Assembly: GCA_035507575.1 (NCBI GenBank)
Contig: DATJNY010000063.1
Coordinates: 55 to 64,054 of the forward strand
Length of the DNA stretch: 64,000 bases
Source: Thermoplasmata archaeon
GTDB taxonomy: Archaea; Thermoplasmatota; Thermoplasmata; Lutacidiplasmatales; UBA184
Direction of reading: 5' to 3'
How positions within the stretch are numbered: position 1 is the stretch's first letter; each line of letters begins with the position of its first letter. Shown one piece after another: positions 10,401 through 17,619 of this stretch. The notes under the pieces were generated by a model. The model was not told where the DNA came from, made no database searches, and was given only the letters and a program-made list of their open reading frames with translations. The position numbers and the translations under genes are program-made.

Positions 10401-11102
10401 GCGCGCCTGGGTCCGGTGCTGGTCGTCCTGGAGCTGCTTGTACTGGATCGCCTGGAGGCGTTGTCCCTCGAGCGACGCGATCCGCGTCTTGATCTCGCCG
10501 AGCAGGGTCTGGATCCGGTCGAGGTTCTGATCGAGATCGGCCCGCTTGGTCTCGGCCCTCCCGAGTTCGTCGTCGTACTGGCTGATCCCCGCGAGGCGCT
10601 CGAGCAGGCCGCGTCGCGGCACCGGCCCCATCGAGACGATCTTGTTGACGTCGCCTTGCTGGACGAGATTGTACCCGTCGCCCGAGAGGCGCCCGTGGGC
10701 GAGCAGCGCGTCGATCTCGGTCTGCGTCGTGCGCTTGCCGTTCACGTAGAAGTACGAGTAGTAGCCGTCGGGATCGCTCGGCGCGAGCTTCACGTACCGA
10801 GTGATCTCGACCTCGGCCGTGTCGACGGGAAGCATCTTGTCGGCGTTGTCGAACACGAGGGAGACCTCGCATTCCGTGGCGGCCTTCTTCGACGAGCCCC
10901 CGTTGAAGAACAGGTGCGTCAAGCGCTCCGCCCGCAGCGCCTTCGAGCTCGTCGGCCCGAGCACGAAGAGGATCGCGTCCGAAATGTTCGATTTGCCCAT
11001 GCCGTTCGGGCCGGCGACGCCGGTGAATCCGGGCTGGAATGGGATCTCGGTGGCCCCGGCGAACGACTTGAAATTTCGGACTTTGAGCCGTTTGAGATAC
11101 AT
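7473..11102 (-). CDS. smc: Chromosome segregation protein SMC
   Basis: Walker A 'GPNGMGKSNISDAI', long coiled-coil regions, hinge, C-terminal signature 'LSGGEKSLASLAF' and Walker B 'LYVFDEVDMSLD'. 1209 aa. Confidence 0.95.
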   Translation of the reverse strand: MYLKRLKVRNFKSFAGATEIPFQPGFTGVAGPNGMGKSNISDAILFVLGPTSSKALRAERLTHLFFNGGSSKKAATECEVSLVFDNADKMLPVDTAEVEITRYVKLAPSDPDGYYSYFYVNGKRTTQTEIDALLAHGRLSGDGYNLVQQGDVNKIVSMGPVPRRGLLERLAGISQYDDELGRAETKRADLDQNLDRIQTLLGEIKTRIASLEGQRLQAIQYKQLQDDQHRTQARLARAGHRMAEQELLTCRKQVETVRDEIAKLDTARSELSARQDELTRSIDAVDREIAEAGGAAAVKFKSELDEKRMAYARLDQTLAHLRDALEEMAGQADELAKAVDADEKQRATYTKQETALAEELQELEARAVDDTKGIEAATGTPGRPGEKMATARKQQLELERQHDARQKAWQSAIQDREAANAARDAAERTQAQAEDELREREVEVKDLELRIKETGPAKGSGGPATGELQKELFALKNQEKSLTAEAERLAREVNEINRRYLALDARLKARTEAGARPNQLAAVDFLLSQRNLGKLPGIRGTVEELAEFDPKVKTALQVAGGNRFQALVVESDEIAERCIQLLRNERRGRATFLPLNKMLPGRPHGKSLVAAKAAGATGFAIDLVRFDEELRPAFWYVFGETVVMDDLAHARSQMGGVRLVTLGGDLIEATGAISGGYLDPSAQGRGADSAVELKRLGEELREKSAAEGAARETLSKNAERIRAVSEELATRSIQDQSHQSSRQILEKDLVAARGRLAGARERIDSASAEQRKAEAAFAKADATVRELTDQIATLKASIAKAQEQYLGQLPEALGAKLRALQEAAQKTSEERVRVNGELESTRASLSALVANLDGRKKELDTARVAVTAKKKEIAQTEKAVLAAKEALDALKSVESKQSEAQKAQAEKKRAFEEERLTLTRKLGEAQANLETRRSLLTQEETRLAVAEKRFQELEEALKQYPEPEAGEKPMSIEELKRQLTGLEQQLAALGDVNLRAIEDYDAEKSRLDEFGGEVTRLTTEKTELTGLVEEIEKKKREKINEVVVQVNANYKEIYGELSAGGEGEIALENPDDPLAGGLLIKARPVGKTVARLEQLSGGEKSLASLAFIFSLQRYDPSPLYVFDEVDMSLDGLNAEYVGRMLRHNAERAQFVVISLRKVTLKFASQLYGVTMHGDGCSRVIGIHLDDIHDVESREGAHAHEPEPPALEAK

Positions 11103-11203
11103 CGAGCGAACCCCCCTACCCGGTTCCGTTCTGCGACGTCCGTCGCCGACGTCTGCCCGTTTGTCAGACAGCCGTCAGCAGCGCTCTCCGAGCCCTGTCC
11201 GCC

Positions 11204-11211
11204 ATATTTAA
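11204..11211. promoter_or_regulatory. A/T-rich TATA-like box (ATATTTAA) in the smc upstream spacer
   Basis: The only A/T-rich island in the 269-nt spacer, about 100 nt from the smc ATG. Orientation is ambiguous. Confidence 0.25.
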
Positions 11212-11371
11212 CAGCATGGTTCGACTGCCGGCAGAGGCCTCCGGTAGGGTCGGGCCGGGGTGTTCCGGCCCGGTCTGACCCCCGGGACGGTCGCGGAGGA
11301 GACGTTACGCGTCGGCCCGATGCGGGCTGGCCCTACGCTCTCGAGGGCTCTTCGAGGACCGGGAGCGGGGC

Positions 11372-11815
11372 TTAGGCAGGGTTCGACCAGGAGAGGGGTC
11401 GCTCGCAGCGCCGACAGTACGTCGCGCCCGCCTCCGACCAAGCGCCACAGTACTGGCACTTCGAACGGACGGGCATCGGTCGTGGGGTGAGGTCTCGTGG
11501 CGGAGCGGGCGGATCGGCTGTGGGTTCTCCGCCGATCATCGGTAGCCCCTGCCACGCGCCCGCGTAGGCCGTGAGGCAGGCGAACAGGAGCACCACGCCG
11601 AGCACGAGGACGACCCAGCCCTCAACTCCGTTCGGGGCCGGGCACCCGGTCGAGGTCCCGTCCACGACGATCGGAGTGCAGTCCACCAGCAATACCGTAG
11701 CCATCACGAAGGAGGTTCCCGAAAACACCGCGAGGATCGTCGCGAGATGGGCCCACGCATGACGGAGGGCCTCGGGCCGCGAATTGCCGGCCGGGTCCGG
11801 CTCCGCCAACTCCAC
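11372..11815 (-). CDS. Hypothetical membrane protein with C-terminal zinc ribbon
   Basis: Two hydrophobic segments ('LATILAVFSGTSFVMATVLLV', 'WVVLVLGVVLLFACLTAYAG'), a Pro-rich linker, then 'CQYCGAWSEAGATYCRRCERP'. No family recognised. Confidence 0.5.
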   Translation of the reverse strand: MELAEPDPAGNSRPEALRHAWAHLATILAVFSGTSFVMATVLLVDCTPIVVDGTSTGCPAPNGVEGWVVLVLGVVLLFACLTAYAGAWQGLPMIGGEPTADPPAPPRDLTPRPMPVRSKCQYCGAWSEAGATYCRRCERPLSWSNPA

Positions 11816-12018
11816 TCCCCCGCCTCCCGAAGCGACCCGGGAGTTTAAAATTCGGTCGCTCGCCGAGGTCGGGGCCGGGCGACGCTACGACCCCTGACCC
11901 GCCGGGTGGATCTCCGGCCGTCCTCACCGGCGGTTCCGGCTCTCCCCACGGCCGCGGGGCGTCTCTCGGCGAGAGAAACGTCGATCGGGGGCCGCCCGGT
12001 TCGGGGTCGCCACAAACC

Positions 12019-12027
12019 CTTTTATTT
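12019..12027 (+). promoter_or_regulatory. TATA-like box (CTTTTATTT)
   Basis: Strong A/T island about 100 nt upstream of the nitroreductase ATG. Confidence 0.45.
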
Positions 12028-12103
12028 GGGACGACCCTCGCAAGTTCGAATGCGTCGCCGTACGACCGAGGGGTAGCCGACGTTGGCACCCACCCTCTGA
12101 CGA

Positions 12104-12111
12104 TTTTTTTT
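12104..12111 (+). terminator. T8 run (candidate archaeal oligo-T termination/pause signal)
   Basis: Eight consecutive T on the + strand, 15 nt before the ATG at 12126. This is striking in a very GC-rich genome. Confidence 0.3.
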
Positions 12112-12125
12112 CGCGGTCGGACCCC

Positions 12126-12662
12126 ATGGACGTCCTCGACGCTATCCGCTCCTACCGCCCCTGCATCCAGTACCAGTCGCGGCCGATCCCGCCCGAGAAG
12201 CTCAAGAACGTGCTGGCGGCCGCCCGGCTCGCTCCGAGTCAGCGCAACCTCCAACCGTGGCGGTTCGTCGTCATCCAGGACGACGAGCGCAAGCGCCTCC
12301 TCGCGCAAGCGTCCAACCGGGGCCGTCTGATCGCCGAGGCCCCCGCGGTCATCGTGGCGTTCGCGATCGAGGAGGACATCCCGGTCACGATCGGGGGGTA
12401 CATCTCCGCCTACCCGTTGGACGTCGCGGTGGCCGTCGACCACCTGCAGCTGGCGGCGACGGCGGAGGGTCTCGGCAGCAACTGGATCATCGAGTTCAAC
12501 GACGAGAAGGTCCGCACGGTCCTCCGGGTCCCGGAAGGCATCCACCCGATCGGGATCATCCCGATCGGTTATCCGGCGGACGGGAACGGCTCGGCGAAGG
12601 GGCCCGACGACGGCCGCAAGAGCCCGGACGAGATCATCGCGTACGACGAGTACCCCTGGTAA
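12126..12662 (+). CDS. Nitroreductase family protein
   Basis: 'AARLAPSQRNLQPWRFVVI' nitroreductase motif. 178 aa. Confidence 0.8.
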   Translation: MDVLDAIRSYRPCIQYQSRPIPPEKLKNVLAAARLAPSQRNLQPWRFVVIQDDERKRLLAQASNRGRLIAEAPAVIVAFAIEEDIPVTIGGYISAYPLDVAVAVDHLQLAATAEGLGSNWIIEFNDEKVRTVLRVPEGIHPIGIIPIGYPADGNGSAKGPDDGRKSPDEIIAYDEYPW

Positions 12663-12672
12663 CGCGCGCTCC

Positions 12673-13227
12673 GTGATCGACGTCACGTTCGTGAGCACGA
12701 ATCCGGGCAAGTTCCGCGAGGTCCGGGACGTCCTCCGCCCGTTCGGCGTTCGCGTCCGGTGGACCCGTCGGGAGCTGCCGGAGCCTCAGGCCGAGACGCT
12801 CGAACAGGTCGTGGCGGCCAAGCTCGACGCGGTTCGGGATCTTCGCGGATACGTCCTGGTCGAGGACTCGGGCCTGTTCATCCCGTCGCTCCGGGGCTTT
12901 CCGGGAGTGTACTCGGCCCACTTCCTCCGGATCTGGAAGTTCGGACCGATCTTCGAGTTGCTGAAGACGCGGCGCCGGGGGGCGTACTTCCGCGCGGTCG
13001 TCGGGCTCCAGCGCGGACGTCGCCGCTGGACGTTCGCCGGGGAGGTGCGCGGCTCGATCGCGCCCCGGGCGGCCGGTCGGGGAGGGTTCGGATTCGATCC
13101 GATCTTCATCCCGCGCGGCTGGGACGAGACTTTCGCGGAGGGGTCCCCCGAGGCGAAGAACGACATCTCGCACCGGGCGCGCGCGCTCCGCCAGGCCGGC
13201 GCGGTGCTGGCCCGTCGCCGGGCTTAA
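12673..13227 (+). CDS. Non-canonical purine NTP pyrophosphatase (RdgB/HAM1 ITPase family)
   Basis: 'FVSTNPGKFREV', 'EPQAETLEQVV', 'VEDSGLFIPSLRGFPGVYSA', 'GGFGFDPIF' and 'ISHRARAL'. GTG start. Confidence 0.85.
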   Translation: MIDVTFVSTNPGKFREVRDVLRPFGVRVRWTRRELPEPQAETLEQVVAAKLDAVRDLRGYVLVEDSGLFIPSLRGFPGVYSAHFLRIWKFGPIFELLKTRRRGAYFRAVVGLQRGRRRWTFAGEVRGSIAPRAAGRGGFGFDPIFIPRGWDETFAEGSPEAKNDISHRARALRQAGAVLARRRA

Positions 13228-13252
13228 TCCGCCCCTCGCGTTCGGGGACGCG

Positions 13253-14434
13253 ATGTCGATCGAAGGGCTCACCGACTCTCCGATCCTGACCCTCATCGAC
13301 CAGATCTTCCGGATCCGCCAGGAGGGGCAGACCGTCCTCGGGCTGCACATCGGCGAACCGGACTTCGACACGCCGGCCGGGATCCGGGACGCCGCGTATC
13401 GGGCGATGAACGAGGGGCAGACCCACTACGTCTCGGCCCAGGGGCTCCCCGAACTGAGGGCCGCGGTCGCGCACCGGCTCGCCACGCGCAACCGGATCCC
13501 CGCCGCGCCGGACCAGGTGGTGATCCTGTCCGCAAAATTCGCGATTTATGCGACCCTCCTGGCGACCCTCGCTCCGGGCGACGAGGTGCTGTTGCCGGAC
13601 CCGACCTACCTGTTCGAGCAGCCGATCCAGCTGGCCGGAGGGCGGCCTGTCTACGTCCCCCTGCGGCCGGACTTCTCGCTCGATGCCGAGGCGCTCGAGC
13701 GGGCGGTGACTCCGCGCAGCCGGCTCCTCTTCCTCGTTTCGCCCGCGAACCCCACGGGCCGGATCCTGCGGTCCGACGAGGTCCGCCGCGCCATCGAGAT
13801 CGCCCGGGACCACCACCTGACGATCGTGAGCGACGAGACGTACGAGTCGCTGGTCTACGAAGGCCGGCACGTCAGTCCGGCGAGCGTCGCGCCGCCCGAC
13901 GTTCCGGTGGTGACGGTGGGCAGCTTCTCGAAACTGTATGCGATGACCGGTTGGCGCGCGGGGTACGCCGTCGCCCCGCCCACCCTCCGCGGCCGCCTCG
14001 TGAAGATCATGGAACACACGCTGACCTGTCTCCCCCCGTTCATCCAGAAGGCGTGCGTCTGGGCGCTCGAGCACGCCGGGCCGGACGAGGCCCGGTTCCG
14101 GGAAGCGTTCCGGCAACGGCGGGACCACCTGGTCCGCCGCCTTCAGCGCGTGTCCGGCCTCTCCACCCTCGCCCCCGAGGGGGCGTTCTACGTGTTCCCG
14201 CGCTACGACCTCGCCCTCCCATCGGTCGACTTCTGCTCCCGCCTGCTCGAGCAGGAGAAACTCGCCCTCGTACCGGGGATCGCGTTCGGCCCCCACGGCG
14301 AGGGCCACGTGCGGATCTCGTACACCTCGCCGGTCGAAGTGCTGGACGAGGGCGTGGAGCGGCTGGAGCGATTTCTCGCGCGCCCCGTCGCGCTCGGGCG
14401 CGCGGCCGCCGGCCCGGCACCACGACCGTTTTAG
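13253..14434 (+). CDS. Class I/II PLP-dependent aminotransferase (aspartate aminotransferase-like)
   Basis: 'GEPDFDTP', 'NPTGR' and the PLP-lysine motif 'SFSKLYAMTGWRAGY'. 393 aa. Confidence 0.85.
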   Translation: MSIEGLTDSPILTLIDQIFRIRQEGQTVLGLHIGEPDFDTPAGIRDAAYRAMNEGQTHYVSAQGLPELRAAVAHRLATRNRIPAAPDQVVILSAKFAIYATLLATLAPGDEVLLPDPTYLFEQPIQLAGGRPVYVPLRPDFSLDAEALERAVTPRSRLLFLVSPANPTGRILRSDEVRRAIEIARDHHLTIVSDETYESLVYEGRHVSPASVAPPDVPVVTVGSFSKLYAMTGWRAGYAVAPPTLRGRLVKIMEHTLTCLPPFIQKACVWALEHAGPDEARFREAFRQRRDHLVRRLQRVSGLSTLAPEGAFYVFPRYDLALPSVDFCSRLLEQEKLALVPGIAFGPHGEGHVRISYTSPVEVLDEGVERLERFLARPVALGRAAAGPAPRPF

Positions 14435-14458
14435 TACCCGTACCGACTCGCCGGCACC

Positions 14459-15118
14459 ATGCCGTCTCCGCGCCGAGTCCACGACCTGACCGCGTTGCTC
14501 GAGACCCACATGCCCGTTTGGCCGACCTCGCCGCTGCCCGTGTTCGAGCCCGTCGGGATCGTCGCGCGCGACGGGTACTCGATCGAGCGGGTGACGTGCA
14601 TGACCCACACGGGGACGCACATGGACGCCCCGTACCATTTCCTCGAGGACGGGGTCACGGTCGACCGCATTCCCCCGGCCCAGCTGGTCGGGTCGATGGC
14701 CGTCCTCGACCTGAGGTCCGAAGCCCAGGGCACGATCCTCACGGCCGCGGCGGTCGAGAAGCATTGGCCGAAGTCGCTCGATCCCGAGATCGTCCTGCTG
14801 CGCACCGACTGGAGCCAGCGCCGCGCCGCGACGCGAGAGTACCTCTACGACTTCCCGGGGCTCGAGCCCGCCGCCGCCGAGGCGATCGTCCGCCGAGGCG
14901 TGAAGGGCGTCGGCACCGACACGCTCGGGATCGATCCGTTCTCGAACGCGAAGTTCGAGGCGCACAAGGTGTTCCTCGAGAAGGGGATCTGGATCCTGGA
15001 AGCGCTCGACCATCTCGATCAGTTGAGCGAAGGGGTCGAGTACACCCTCGTCGCGGCTCCGCTCAAGATCTCCGGCGGCAGCGGAGCGATGGCGCGCGTC
15101 TTCGCCCTCGAAGGGTAG
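14459..15118 (+). CDS. Cyclase family protein (kynurenine formamidase-like)
   Basis: 'HTGTHMDAPYHF' metal-binding motif. 219 aa. Confidence 0.8.
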   Translation: MPSPRRVHDLTALLETHMPVWPTSPLPVFEPVGIVARDGYSIERVTCMTHTGTHMDAPYHFLEDGVTVDRIPPAQLVGSMAVLDLRSEAQGTILTAAAVEKHWPKSLDPEIVLLRTDWSQRRAATREYLYDFPGLEPAAAEAIVRRGVKGVGTDTLGIDPFSNAKFEAHKVFLEKGIWILEALDHLDQLSEGVEYTLVAAPLKISGGSGAMARVFALEG

Positions 15119-15121
15119 GCC

Positions 15122-15916
15122 GTGCCGTTCGCGACCCGACTCGACGGCGCGCGGGTCCTCGTCACGGCGTCGAGCCAGGGGATCGGCTTCGGAGCCGCCG
15201 AGGCGTTCGTCGGCGAGGGCGCTCGCGTGGTGGTCAATTCCTCGAATCCGGAGCGGACCGCGGCGGCCGTCGCCCGCCTGGGGAAATCCGGTGAGGTCCA
15301 TGGGGTCGTCGCCGATCTCAGGAGTCAGGACGACCTCGACCGCCTCCTCGCTGAGACCCTCCGCCACCTCGGGGGCCTCGATACGCTGGTCTACGTCACG
15401 GGCTCCCCCCGTCCGGGGACGTTCCTCGAGCAGGAGTACGCGGACTGGGAGCGCGCGGCGTCGCTGCTCGTCGTCAGCCCGGCGTACCTCGCGCGGCGGG
15501 CCGCCGAGGCGATGGTCGCCGCCGGGACCCGAGGGCGGATGGTCTTCCTCACGTCGTTCGCGATCCGCGAGCCGATCCCGAACCTCGCGCTGTCGAGCGT
15601 CTGCCGGGTCGCCGTCGCGGGGCTCGTTCGCACCCTCGCCCGGGAGCTCGGCCCGAAGGGCATCCGGGTGAACGGGATCCTCCCGGGATACATTCGCACG
15701 GCCCGGGTCGAAGAGGTCACGGGGGATGCGGCCCGTCGCCGGGGGGTCCCGGCCGAGCAGGTGCTCCGGGAGATCGAGCGAGACATCCCGCTCGGCCGGC
15801 TCGGGACGACCGAGGAGCTCGCGCGCGCGGTGCTGTTCCTCGGGAGCGATCTTTCGAGCTACGTCTCGGGAGCGATGCTTCCCGTCGACGGCGCGATCCT
15901 GCGCTCGACCGGTTAG
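15122..15916 (+). CDS. SDR family oxidoreductase
   Basis: Rossmann 'VTASSQGIGFGAA', 'RVNGILPGYIRT' and typical C-terminus 'YVSGAMLPVDGA'. GTG start 3 nt after the previous stop. Confidence 0.85.
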   Translation: MPFATRLDGARVLVTASSQGIGFGAAEAFVGEGARVVVNSSNPERTAAAVARLGKSGEVHGVVADLRSQDDLDRLLAETLRHLGGLDTLVYVTGSPRPGTFLEQEYADWERAASLLVVSPAYLARRAAEAMVAAGTRGRMVFLTSFAIREPIPNLALSSVCRVAVAGLVRTLARELGPKGIRVNGILPGYIRTARVEEVTGDAARRRGVPAEQVLREIERDIPLGRLGTTEELARAVLFLGSDLSSYVSGAMLPVDGAILRSTG

Positions 15917-15922
15917 GCGCCG

Positions 15923-16279
15923 TTACCCGCGGTCCGGCCGCTGCGCCTCGTGCAGGAATTCCTCGCGGCGCGGCGTGAAGACGTCGAGCACGATCGTCGG
16001 GGTCTTCGGGTCCGCCGTCAACTCGTGGGGGACATTGCTCGGCACCGTATAGGACGAGCCGACCTTGAGGGTCCAGGTCTCGGATCCGACGCGGAATTCC
16101 CCTCCGCCCTGCAGCACCGTGCCGGATTGAACGTGGGGGTGCGTGTGCATCGCGAACTTCGCCCCGGGGGCGATCCGATAGAGCACCATCATGACGCCGG
16201 GATCGTGCGCGAGGATGCGGCGCTGCACGCCGGGGAGAATCTCGTGCCAGGCGTCGGGCTTGTCGTGCCACAACGGCAT
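15923..16279 (-). CDS. Cupin domain protein
   Basis: 'MHTHPHVQSGTVLQGGGEF' and 'VPSNVPHEL' cupin motifs 1 and 2. 118 aa. Confidence 0.7.
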   Translation of the reverse strand: MPLWHDKPDAWHEILPGVQRRILAHDPGVMMVLYRIAPGAKFAMHTHPHVQSGTVLQGGGEFRVGSETWTLKVGSSYTVPSNVPHELTADPKTPTIVLDVFTPRREEFLHEAQRPDRG

Positions 16280-16328
16280 GATCGAACCACCACGCCCCCG
16301 GTATTTCTGCCTGACGCGCCGCGCGGGG

Positions 16329-17468
16329 CTACGCGAGCGCTCGGCGGAGGTCCTCGATCAGGTCCTCGGCGTCTTCCACGCCCACGCTGAACCGCAGCAG
16401 CCCGTCGCGGATCCCCTGGGACTCCCGCAGCTCTCGAGGGACCGATCGATGGGTCATCAGCGCCGGCACGTTCACGAGCGACTCCACTCCCCCGAGGCTC
16501 TCCGCGAGGGTGAACACCTTGAGGCGACGCACGATCCGGCGTACGGCGGGCAGACCTCCCCGGACTTCCGCCGAGACCATCCCTCCGAAGTCGTCCATCT
16601 GCCGGCGGGCCACAGCATGCCCGGGGTGATCGGGGAGACCCGGGTAGAGCGTGCGCAGGATGCGGGGATGCCCGCGGAGGAACGCGGCGACCTTCCGCGC
16701 GTTCTCGCAATGCGCGCGGATCCGGAGCCCCATCGTGTGGATGCCGCGGAGCACGAGGAAGCAGTCGAGGGGACCGGGTACGCCTCCCTGCGTGTTCTGG
16801 TACCACCGGTACTTCTCGAGCAGCGCCTTCCGCCGGAACACGAGCGCCCCCCCGATGAGGTCGCTGTGGCCCCCGAGGTACTTGGTCGTGGAGTGGACGA
16901 CCACGTCCGCCCCGAGTTCGAGCGGCCGCTGCAGCACGGGCGAGGCGAAGGTGTTGTCGACGGCGACGCGTGTCCCGTGGCGGCGGGCGAGTCCGATCGC
17001 GCCCTTCAGGTCGGTGACCTTCAGGAGCGGGTTCGTCGGGGTTTCGAGGTAGAGGAGGTCGACGCCGGGCTTCGACTCCAGCGCGCGACGGACGTTCGCG
17101 AGGTCGCTGGTGTCGATGACATCGACGTGCACCCCGTGCGTCTTCGCCACCTGCAGGAGACGCCAGGTCCCCGCGTACAGGTCGTCCCCCGCGACGACCC
17201 GACTGCCGCTCGGATACGCCATCAGGAGCGCCGAGGTCGCGGCGAGACCGGAGCCGAACGCGAGCGCACCGGCCCCTCCTTCGAGTCGTCCGAGCACCCG
17301 CTCGAGCGCCGAACGGGTCGGATTCCCGGTCCGGGAGTACACGAAGCCTTTCGCCTTCCCCGGTGCGGACTCGGCGTACGTCGAAGTGAGGTAGACCGGG
17401 ACGTTGACGGCTCCCGTCAACGGATCCGGAGTCTGACCGTCATGCAGGAGTCGCGTGTTCCAGTTCAT
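16329..17468 (-). CDS. Cys/Met-metabolism PLP-dependent enzyme (cystathionine gamma-synthase / beta- or gamma-lyase family)
   Basis: 'YSRTGNPTRSALE' and the PLP-lysine motif 'HSTTKYLGGHSD', plus 'LAESLGGVESL'. 379 aa. Confidence 0.85.
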   Translation of the reverse strand: MNWNTRLLHDGQTPDPLTGAVNVPVYLTSTYAESAPGKAKGFVYSRTGNPTRSALERVLGRLEGGAGALAFGSGLAATSALLMAYPSGSRVVAGDDLYAGTWRLLQVAKTHGVHVDVIDTSDLANVRRALESKPGVDLLYLETPTNPLLKVTDLKGAIGLARRHGTRVAVDNTFASPVLQRPLELGADVVVHSTTKYLGGHSDLIGGALVFRRKALLEKYRWYQNTQGGVPGPLDCFLVLRGIHTMGLRIRAHCENARKVAAFLRGHPRILRTLYPGLPDHPGHAVARRQMDDFGGMVSAEVRGGLPAVRRIVRRLKVFTLAESLGGVESLVNVPALMTHRSVPRELRESQGIRDGLLRFSVGVEDAEDLIEDLRRALA

Positions 17469-17541
17469 CGGCGCCCCGGGAGGGCCGCGGGAAGATGAAT
17501 CATTCGTCGCCGGCTCGGACAGAATCCCGCCGTTTCGATGG

Positions 17542-17549
17542 TATTAAAA
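17542..17549. promoter_or_regulatory. TATTAAAA box in the divergent spacer between the transsulfuration gene and the APC permease
   Basis: The only A/T island in the 151-nt divergent spacer. Confidence 0.35.
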
Positions 17550-17619
17550 CCCGGGAAATTTTGCGCGTGTCAGGGCCTAGCGCGGCGCGGGGCCCACGAA
17601 AATTCGGGGGAACACGAGG

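Noticed and set aside
7506-11375. 1289-aa ORF on the plus strand, antisense to smc
   Set aside because: Leu/Arg/Gly/Glu-rich mirror image of the SMC coiled coil with no motifs. smc on the minus strand has all canonical SMC signatures.
11924-12127. 67-aa minus-strand ORF in the spacer upstream of the nitroreductase gene
   Set aside because: Arg/Ser/Gly-rich basic low-complexity translation. It overlaps the A/T box and T8 run, with no start context.
13106-15367. 753-aa minus-strand ORF across the aminotransferase, cyclase and SDR genes
   Set aside because: Arg/Gly/Pro/Asp-rich with no domain motifs. It lies opposite three well-supported plus-strand genes.
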